Source: a virus. From it: DNA of 64,000 nt. The notes under the pieces were generated by a model. It searched no databases and had not been told where the DNA came from. It saw only the letters and a list, made by a program, of their open reading frames with translations. How positions within the stretch are numbered: position 1 is the first letter of the stretch; each line of letters starts with the position of its first letter. A program made the position numbers and the translations under genes. Positions 55,477 through 64,000 of this stretch are shown one piece after another. The DNA lies in the IMG/VR virus record IMGVR_UViG_3300031992_000044. One strand, 5' to 3'.

Positions 55477-57966
55477 ATGGTTAGAGTAGACGATAATTTA
55501 TATAACGTATCATTTCCCCAATAGAAACTACCACTAAAAAAGAAAGACGAATAGTGGCAGCATGATTGTGTAAACTGGATAATCGGCGAGGGGAACGTTG
55601 CGTCTGGAGGTATGAATAAGACGCGATTCGGAGAGATACAAACCTACTATAATCTTTATAATTCTATATTTGATGAAAAAGACTTCAAGCGTATTACGAA
55701 CCCATTTAAGGTAGAAGATGGGTTCCCCGCTACTCCTCAAGATTTCAATATAATTAGGCCTAAGGTAGACCTCCTTATAGGTGAAGAGACAAAGAGGCCA
55801 ATGAACTTCAGGGTGGTGAGAACGTCGTAGGAAGCCGCTTCAGAGCTTATGGACAGAGAGAAGGAGATGCTCATCCAATATATTATGGCATCTATTACTT
55901 CTCAGATGGGTCCTGAAGAAGCACAATAGTTTTAGCAATAGTTACAGTCTGGCGAGATAATGCCTCCTGAAGCTATAGCTAAATATATGTAGAAAGATTA
56001 TAAAGATGTTATAGAAAACACAGCATATCATACCCTCACATACTTACGAGAAAAACTAAACTTGGACAATGAGTTTATCAAAGGCTGGAAAGATGCTCTT
56101 ATTGCAGGTACTGAATTCTATTATGTTGGTGTAATGAACGATGAGCCGTACATGGAGAGAGTGAACCCAGAATACTTCGATTATGATCATAGTCCTGATC
56201 TAGAGTTTGTAGAAGATGGTTCGTGGTGCTGTCGTAGAATGAGGATGCCTGTGGCTGAGATATATGACCGTTATTATAATAAGCTTAGCGAGAAAGACTT
56301 GAATAAGCTTAACGAGATGATGGGTAGCAGACACGCTAATGATCTTGGTGATAGACCTCCTGTAGATAACTTCGGTGGTGGTATACAATTCCATATCTAT
56401 GATAATCCTACTATGGATTAGAAGACTAGATATGCTATAAATGTATGGCACTGCTGTTGGAAATCTTTCAAAAAGATATACTATGTTACATACTTCGATG
56501 AAGCCGGTCAGGCACAAGTAGAAATTATGGACGAGTCTTATAAGAAGACAGGACAGGAGATATCAGTTGAACCGGACTGGATTATAGAAGTTTGGGAAGG
56601 ATACCGTGCAGGATCTGATCTTTATTTTGGTATTCAGCCTATTGAGTACCAGCATGTATCAATTGATAACCCTAATTCTCAAAAGCTTCCGTATTGCGGA
56701 TGTGTCTACTCTAATACCAACAGTAGGCCACGTTCTCTTGTAAGTATACTTAAGCCTCTACAGTATATGTATATTGTATTGTGGTATAGACTTGAGTTAG
56801 CTATAGCCAGAGATAAGGGAAAGGTAGTAAACATGGATATTACATAGATTCCTAAATCTATGAATATCACTCCTGATAGATGGATGCACTACTTGTCTTC
56901 TGTAGGCGTAAACTTTATTAATCCTTATGAAGAAGGTTGGAACATCGCAGGTAGAGAAGGCGGAAAGCCTGCTACGTTTAATTAGATCACTGCTCTCGAT
57001 CTTACTATGTCGAACGTAATCGCTGAATATATTCAGCTGATGGATAAGATTGAGCAATTGGCTGGTACTATATCAGGTATTACAGAACAGCGTGAAGGCG
57101 CTATTAGTTCTAATGAACTTGTAGGTAATGTAGAACGTAGTGTTGTACAGTCTTCTCATATTACTGAGCCTTTGTTCTGGGCTCACAACCAATGTAAGCG
57201 TCATGTACTTAACATGTTGTTAAATACAGCTAAAGGGGCATGGTAGCAGACAGGTAAGAAGAAGCTTAGTTATATCTTCGATAATGGAGAACGTGCTTTT
57301 GTTGATATCCAAGATAAATTCTACTATGAAGATATGGATGTGTTTGTAAGCGACACTTCTAAAGACATGGAAAACATTTAGAAGTTGCAGCAACTTATTC
57401 AGCCGGCTATGCAGAATGGTGCTAGCTTGCTTGAAGCAGCTGAGGTACTTACCAACGATAACTTCAACATCATCAAGCAGAAGCTTCTAGAGATGCAGCA
57501 ACGTCAAGAACAGCAAATGCAACAGCAACAAGAAGCTGAGCAACAACAAGCTATACAACTGCAACAAATGCAGAATGAAGCTCGTGAACAAGAACTTATG
57601 CTTGAAGAGGCTAAGATGGAGCTTGAGCGTTACAAGATCGATGCTGACAATTAGACTAAGATTGCGGTTGCTGAGATATCTACTTATCGTGGTACTGAGG
57701 AGAAAGATATCAATCAGAACAATATCCCAGATCCGCAGGAAATGTACGATATTGCTATTCAGCAGTAGAAGCTGCAATCCGATGCTTATACGAAGCGTTA
57801 CGAAGCAAATCAGAAGAAGAATATAGAAGACAAGAAGATTGAGCTCGAACGTGAGAAGATGAAGCACGAGATGGCACTACAGAAGCAGAAGGATGACGCG
57901 GCTCTTGAGCGTGAGAAGGTTAAAGGGCGCTACGCTCTTCGTAACAAAACATCGGGAGAGCGATGA
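55477..57966 (+). CDS. portal protein (about 829 codons), about 14 in-frame TAG codons
   Basis: ORF pieces 55612.., 56062.., 56527.., 57007.. and 57385.. all lie in frame 1, immediately after terL. Gln-rich coiled-coil C-terminus. TGA at 57964-66. The portal call rests on position and size. Confidence 0.65.
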
Positions 57967-58136
57967 CGTACGCTGAAGAACAAGAGCTTCTATAGCTTAC
58001 TAGAGAGAACAATCAATTGTTGAAACTTATACTGAGATATGTTTGGCATGATGGAGGCGATGATTTCATTACCAACATCATTGCTAACATAATCGGTAAT
58101 AGAATAGATCCTGCTTATGTATAGAGATCCAAGTGA
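57963..58136 (+). CDS. small protein (about 57 codons, 2 TAG)
   Basis: ATG overlaps the portal TGA (ATGA). TAG at 57993-95 and 58122-24. TGA at 58134-36. Confidence 0.35.
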
Positions 58137-60105
58137 ATTTAGAGAGCGCTTTAAGGCGTATAAAGAAGGTAAATCTGTACGAGAGATCTATGGATTGTCT
58201 GGGTATGCTGGAGGTAAAAGTACTATTGAAGACACCGCCGATTTTCTTAAACAGTATGAAGGGTTTAGAGATAAAACATATCTAGATGGAAAGGGGATAC
58301 CCACTATTGGATACGGTTTTACGGATGCTAAATTTGTAAACAAAGGAAGAATAACAAAGGCTGAAGCGGATGCTGAGTTAAAAAGACAAATCGCATTTAG
58401 ATAGGCAAAACTTAGAAAGAAACTTGGTCCTGCAGTGTGGGATTCTTTATCTAACGACAGTAAGAAAGCTCTCACGTCGTATCATTATAATTATCCTTCC
58501 GGATTTGAAGATGATACCAAGTTTATGAAATATTGGAGGTCTGGACAGTATGCAAAAGCTATAAAAGAAGTAGATGCAGGATGGAACGATTCTGCAAATC
58601 CAGGGCTTCGTACACGTAGAATGAAAGAGTAGTAGTTACTATTTTCAGACCCTGTACTTGGAGGTTTTATTGTTCCAGAAACAAAACCTGAACCAATTAT
58701 AGCTATGCCAGACGCTACTAGAGTATCTACTATTCCTACTATACAATAGAAAGCTATAGATTATTCTGATCGTAGAAATGCAGTAGCCGCTGAAGCGGAG
58801 CGTGCTATGTGGGCTCATAATGTAATGGAGGATATGAAAGGTGCTTATCAAGTACCTATCTGGGAATCTCCTTCATTACCAGCATTGACTCCTGTAGAGT
58901 ATGATGTTACTCCTTTGAAGACATACGCTGGTGGTAAAGTTTCAAATGAACCGGTAATAACTCAAGGACGTGCTGGTAGTAGATTGGACAAACTCGACAG
59001 AATGATGGATCCGGACGAAGACGACGGTGTGGCAACTAGAGTGGCAAAGAAAATAGGAAAAGGTATTACATCTATCGCACAAGATGCAAAGAAAATATTT
59101 GGATTAGAAACAGTAGATAGATTTGCTACTCGCACACAACGTCCAGAAGATTATGTAGACGCAGCATTCCTTACAGTAGGTAATGCTATCATATCTAAAA
59201 TAATGAAGTCGTCTTCTAAGGCGTTCATAAAATAGTTCGTAATGTCTTTTGATGATATGGATGCTAGAGCGATTGGAAAATATTTCTTTTAGGAGCATCC
59301 AGAATTAATGACACAACCGCAAGAAGCATGGTATGGAGAATTAGCTAAAAAATCAGATTCATATTTTCGTTAGGCGATAGATCACAGAGTCAAAATGTTT
59401 GATCGAGAAGGAAGACCTCTCAGCCCAGAAAGTATAGCAGCTTAGATCAGTCCTGATATCAAAATTGCACCAATTAAAGGAAGTCGCTATGGGGGAATTT
59501 ATTCTGCTCCCGATAATACTATGCTCGTCAATAGTGATCTTGTAAAAGACCCAAGAACTGCTGCTAAAGTATATAATCACGAACGAGCTCATGCAATGCA
59601 AACAGCGTTTGAGAATGAAGTAGGATTGCCGTACCCGATTAGATACGGTACAGAAATGGAAGCTTTATTCCCGTTTACAGCAGAGCAAAAGGCGAAACGT
59701 CCAGGCGTGCATATAGGTAAAGAAATTGATGCTTCTTTACACGAAGTTAAATCATTGCGTTCGTATGACACGAATCAACTAGGTAGAGCGTTAGATGTAG
59801 ACTTTGAAAATATGTCTGATGAAGAGTTTAAACAATATGCGAATAATGGTTATTTCAAAGATATAATGCAGAATATCTAGAACGGACTACAAGCACAAAA
59901 GAAATTTATAAGCAAACTTAAGGACGGCAAGCTACCTGGATATAGTAACGGCAAAATAAGAATTAAACCGGCTAATCTCGGTAAGTTTAATGCTACTAAA
60001 AAACGTACCGGTAAAACAACAGAAGAACTTACACACAGCAAAAACCCGCTTACTAGAAAACGCGCAATATTTGCACAGAATGCTAGAAAGTGGAATCACA
60101 AATAA
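58117..60105 (+). CDS. GH24-type lysozyme fused to an HExxH peptidase-like domain, 9 in-frame TAG codons
   Basis: N-terminus YEGFRDKTYLDGKGIPTIGYG (T4-lysozyme-family motif). C-terminus YNHERAHAMQ. ORF pieces 58117.., 58435.., 58807.. and 59521.. share one frame. Includes the tandem TAG-TAG at 58630-35. TAA at 60103-05. Confidence 0.7.
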
Positions 60106-60142
60106 CAGAATAAACTGTACAAATTAACTTACATATTATAAT

Positions 60143-61324
60143 ATGGCAAAGAAAAAGAATACAATTCCGAGCGGATTTGAAGATGTTCTTGGAAGCATTT
60201 ATTCTAATGCTGAAGGCCAAGAAGAGGTTACACAATTAACTGATGATAGAGGTTACTTTGTTAATCCCGACGACGATGATGATCCAATCGATGAACCGAT
60301 TAAGAATGAGCCGCCAGTGAAGAAAGATCCTGAGGACGGCAATGTAGACGATCCGGATAAACCGGATCCAAACGCAAAGGATGATGATTCTCCAATCCCT
60401 CCTAGCGTAAATAATCCTGAACCACCTATAACAGAACCACCTGTAGAGGATCCTAATAATAATGAACCTACAGATGCTGATGTAATAGAAGCTGAACAAG
60501 TAGGGTTGTTCTTTGATGCCCTAGGTAATTCACTTGGGTGGAACATGGATGAGATTGATGAAAAGAGTAGACCTCTTACTGTAGATCAACTAACCGAATA
60601 CATGCGTGATGTTGTACAGGAGAACTCCGTACCGCAATACGCAGACGATCGTATACAGGCGCTCGATGAGTATGTAAAGAACGGCGGTAAGTTTGAGGAC
60701 TTCTACCAGAAACAGCAACAGGCTCTTACTCTTGATGACATTAATCTCGAAGACGAGAATAATCAAAAGGCAGTTATACGTGAACTCATGCAGCGTAATG
60801 GTTATACCAACGAGCAGATTAATAAAAAGATTGAACGCTATGAAGATGGTGACATGCTGTTTGAGGAATCTGAGGATGCTTTAGATAGATTGAAGCAGCT
60901 TAGGCAGGCTGAGGTTGAAGAAGCTAAACGACAATAGGAAGAATTTGCACGACAATAGGAAGAACAATCAAGACAATTCTTCAGCACTGTAAGTAATGAC
61001 ATCAAATCACTTACTAACATTCGCGGCATCGCTATTCCTAAGGAAGATCGTCAAGCTTTGTTTGATTACATTTTCAAAGTGGATCAGAACGGTCAATCAC
61101 AGTATACTAAAGACTTTAATAAGAATCTATCAAAGAACCTTATTGAGTCTGCGTATTTTACGATGAAAGCTGATACTTTAATCAATAACGCGACGAAGGC
61201 AGGAGAAACATCCGCTGCTGAAAAACTTAGGAAAATGTTGAGGCATAGTGCAAAGAATCATAGCACTTATAATGCCGATGATAAACAGAAGTCAGTAACC
61301 GACCTTATAGGTGGTATGTTCTGA
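60143..61324 (+). CDS. acidic, Pro-rich virion/scaffold-like protein, 2 in-frame TAG codons
   Basis: ORFs 60143..60937 and 61058..61324 share a frame, bridged via TAG 60935-37 and 60956-58 (inside a 16-nt direct repeat ACGACAATAGGAAGAA). Lies immediately upstream of the capsid gene. Confidence 0.55.
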
Positions 61325-61346
61325 CGCACAAGAATTATAAATATAT

Positions 61347-62870
61347 ATGAATAATACTTTACTTAACAATCTCCAGCTGTACCGTGGACGTCGTTTCTCG
61401 GACCTGGTAGATGAAAACATGATTTCTAACGCCCTGCTGACTAGACCTCATGAGGTGTCTGGTCTGCTTTCACTGGTATTTGGTACAAAAGACGATGGTG
61501 TTTCTACTACTATCGATCTGCTCACCGGTGGTCTTGGCAAGACAATGATTATTGATAACCGCGAGTTTGAGTGGGCTGTCCAGGTTGACAGCGAGCACGC
61601 TATTAACATTCGTTGGGCAAAGTGGAACGGTAAGGAGATTACCTCCGCTAACTATATTTCTGAGACTCCTGGTCTGAATGGTACTCCTATCTACCTCGCT
61701 CTTGAAGAGCGTTGGTTCGGTCCTGGTGCAATTCTGTCATTTGACGATTACAAGTTCCAGGTTCGTGTAAACGGTGTTCCTTATCAGGACGGTAGCGCTT
61801 GGGTATATGAGGTATATGTTGTTGATGGAGCACAGGCTGCTTACATCCCCGGTGAGTTCCTGCTTCCTGGTCGTCAGGTAAGCCGTTTGGGTTCTGCTTA
61901 CGAGGAGTACAGTGATGAGGCAGATATCATCAACTACCAGACTCCGTTTAAGATGCGTGGTCATCTGCAGACTCTCCGTCTGACTTATGATATTACTGGT
62001 GACGCATATTCAACGGTTCTGGCTATTGCTCTGCAGGATCCCGAGACTGGTAAGAAGAGCTATCTCTGGGCCGATTATCAGTACTGGCTCGCACTCCGTG
62101 AGTGGAAGAAGCGTGAGGAGTATCAGCTGTTGTTCTCTAAGAGCAACCGTCTGGCTGATGGTACTTATCTTAATAAAGGGACAAACGGCAGACCCGCACC
62201 TACGATGAGTGGTTTGTTCGAGCAGATTAGCCCGGCTAACATTCGTTACTATCATCACCTGACAGCTGAGCTGTTCGAGGATTATCTCTTCGACCTCTGC
62301 TACAATATCCTTGGTACCAATGAGCGTCGTTTCGTTGCTCTGACTGGTGAGATGGGTATTCGTGAGTTCGACCGTATCCTGAAGGAGAAGGTTGCTAGCT
62401 TCAATATGTGTGAGAATATCTTCGTTACCGGTAGCGGTCAGAACCTGACTCTCGGTGGTCAGTTCACTACCTACAACATGACAAACGGTATCACGCTGTC
62501 TCTGAAGCGTTGTCCTTTGTTCGATAACATGGAGATGTTCCGTCAGCTCCATCCGCTGACTGGTAAACCCCTGATGTCTTATACGTTCCTGTTCGTCAAT
62601 ATCAGCAACTTCGACGGTCAGGCTAACGTTGTTAAGGTTTGCCGCAAGGGTCGTGAGTTTGTTCAGTGGTACACCGGCGGTTCTGTTTCGCCTCAGGGTT
62701 ATGCAAACAGCATTAACACTCTGCGTTCTAACAGCCGTGATGGTTACCAGGTTCACTTCCTCGGTGAGGAGGGTATTATGGTTCGTAACCCGCTGAACTG
62801 TGGTATTCTGTACTGCGACGCTGAAGATACCGAAATCTGCAACGACGGCGGTATTAATGTCGGTGCGTAA
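61347..62870 (+). CDS. major capsid protein (507 aa), no TAG codon
   Basis: Long uninterrupted ORF in the head module. Visibly different, G/C-ending codon usage (CTG, CGT, GGT, TTC), as expected for a very highly expressed gene. Followed by a strong hairpin. Function is assigned by position, size and expression signature. Confidence 0.65.
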   Translation: MNNTLLNNLQLYRGRRFSDLVDENMISNALLTRPHEVSGLLSLVFGTKDDGVSTTIDLLTGGLGKTMIIDNREFEWAVQVDSEHAINIRWAKWNGKEITSANYISETPGLNGTPIYLALEERWFGPGAILSFDDYKFQVRVNGVPYQDGSAWVYEVYVVDGAQAAYIPGEFLLPGRQVSRLGSAYEEYSDEADIINYQTPFKMRGHLQTLRLTYDITGDAYSTVLAIALQDPETGKKSYLWADYQYWLALREWKKREEYQLLFSKSNRLADGTYLNKGTNGRPAPTMSGLFEQISPANIRYYHHLTAELFEDYLFDLCYNILGTNERRFVALTGEMGIREFDRILKEKVASFNMCENIFVTGSGQNLTLGGQFTTYNMTNGITLSLKRCPLFDNMEMFRQLHPLTGKPLMSYTFLFVNISNFDGQANVVKVCRKGREFVQWYTGGSVSPQGYANSINTLRSNSRDGYQVHFLGEEGIMVRNPLNCGILYCDAEDTEICNDGGINVGA

Positions 62871-62889
62871 TATCAATAAAACATACTGA

Positions 62890-62925
62890 TGTCCGAGGGG
62901 GCTTAGTGCCCCCGCCCGGCATCAC
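62890..62925 (+). terminator. stem-loop downstream of the capsid gene
   Basis: GGGGGC TTAGT GCCCCC nested inside GATGTCCG...CGGCATC. No clear U-tract. Confidence 0.5.
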
Positions 62926-62946
62926 AACATACTAATTATTATAATT

Positions 62947-63699
62947 ATGGTAGTTGAATTAAAGATTAAGAAGAAGAATCCCTGGGGATCTTTTATAAAG
63001 TATAGGAATTGTTTTGATTATATTGCTCCGTACTTTACACGTTCCGGGTCGATTTATACGGGTCTCACCCCAGAAGATGAGAAATATTATGAGAAAGCTT
63101 TGGGTTATCCCGAAGGACATCTTGCAAAAACATCAGAATTTTGGAATACATTCTCTGTAAAAGTTGGTGCACGTGGTTTGCTTCTCGACGATTCTATTCC
63201 TCGCCAAGCCATGATGATCAAATTCTTAGAAGGTCATAAGCGTGTTGCTACTACACTTGATAAACTTGATGCAGGTAAAGATTATCTGTTGATTAACCGT
63301 GAGGCTGAGGCAATTGAACAGAATAAGCAGAACAAGCTTCGTCGTGATGCAATTAAGCAGTTTGATACATTGTCGCTTGAGCAAATGCGTAAGTGTCTGC
63401 GTCTGTTTGGTGCTAATCCCGATCGTATGTCTAACGAACTTGTAGAATCTACATTGTTTGGTATTGTTGATAAACAACCTAAGAAGTTCATGGATAAGTG
63501 GGTTAACAATAAGTCCAAAGAGACGGAGTTCTTGCTTGAGAATGCTATTGCTAAAGGTGTAATTCGTAAAGATAAGACACACTATTTCTACGGTTCTGAT
63601 ATGTTTGCAGACTCGCTTGATGATGCTATTGCATATTTGGATAGTAAGAAGAATCAAGACCTTAAGCTTTCGATTATAAACGAAACAGAGAATAAATAA
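62947..63699 (+). CDS. hypothetical head-module protein (250 aa)
   Basis: Intact ORF, no TAG. TAA stop. Confidence 0.55.
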   Translation: MVVELKIKKKNPWGSFIKYRNCFDYIAPYFTRSGSIYTGLTPEDEKYYEKALGYPEGHLAKTSEFWNTFSVKVGARGLLLDDSIPRQAMMIKFLEGHKRVATTLDKLDAGKDYLLINREAEAIEQNKQNKLRRDAIKQFDTLSLEQMRKCLRLFGANPDRMSNELVESTLFGIVDKQPKKFMDKWVNNKSKETEFLLENAIAKGVIRKDKTHYFYGSDMFADSLDDAIAYLDSKKNQDLKLSIINETENK

Positions 63700-63718
63700 C
63701 TCTAATAAACATGTGATA

Positions 63719-64000
63719 TGACGCATAAAGACATATATACTAAGTTCGTGATAGAATATGACAAGGCAAATGTTACTTCGTCATATCCATCGTTAACAGA
63801 ATACGAAATAGCTACTGTTCTTGATAAAGCTTATAACGCACTGATTGCACAAAAGATAACTGGTAATAATTACAGACGGTCGATGTTCGAGTCTGACGTA
63901 AAATCTATTGCAGATCTTGAACCACTTGTTAAATCTGAAAAGAAGAGATTATCTTCAGAAAATTCGAGAGTTGCAAACATGAGTTATACTGATTGTCCTG
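63719..64000 (+). CDS. hypothetical protein, 3'-truncated by the window end
   Basis: Hand-translated from ATG 63719 (MTHKDIYTKFVIEYDKANVTSSYPSLTEYEIATVLDKAYN...). Open to position 64000. Confidence 0.5.

Noticed and set aside
53431-57966. Fragmented TerL and portal ORFs as pseudogenes, sequencing frameshifts or intron-split genes
   Set aside because: All fragments of each gene lie in a single reading frame. They are separated by one TAG codon each, with no TAA or TGA and no intervening non-coding sequence. Decay or frameshift errors would not produce that pattern.

Overview
This window looks like a tailed-phage genome fragment with two divergent arms. I read it as a crAss-like (Crassvirales-type) phage of a Bacteroidota host; that assignment is inference from gene content and architecture, not a search result.

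Minus-strand arm (1-36715): replication and early/middle genes. These include a RecB-family nuclease, an AAA+ ATPase, a toprim primase, SSB, a Sak4/AAA_24 ATPase, a DnaB-like helicase, a family-B DNA polymerase, an ECF sigma factor and many small ORFans.

Plus-strand arm (36977-64000): dUTPase plus the late/virion module. It carries a BspA-like LRR protein, two very large repetitive tail fibres, TerL, portal, a lysozyme-peptidase fusion and the major capsid protein.

Main observations:
1. The late module is unreadable in the standard code. Almost every large gene is a chain of same-frame ORF fragments separated by single TAG codons (10 in TerL, about 14 in portal). An amber-suppressor-type tRNA (anticodon CTA) sits at 39141-39215, at the head of that module. 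Three minus-strand genes are also TAG-interrupted.
2. Replication genes have no internal TAG. The four that stop at TAG are each backed up by an in-frame TAA.
3. About 18% of the minus-strand arm is ORF-free, hairpin-dense sequence in seven islands, the largest being 2.1 kb at 14254-16369. The islands contain four good tRNAs (Gln-TTG, Ile-TAT, Glu-TTC, Gln-CTG), two tRNA-like genes with oversized anticodon arms, several orphan T-arm or tRNA relics, and short motif families shared between islands up to 20 kb apart. I cannot assign these islands a function.

Limits: all coordinates and motifs were read by hand. No searches, folding or statistics were run.
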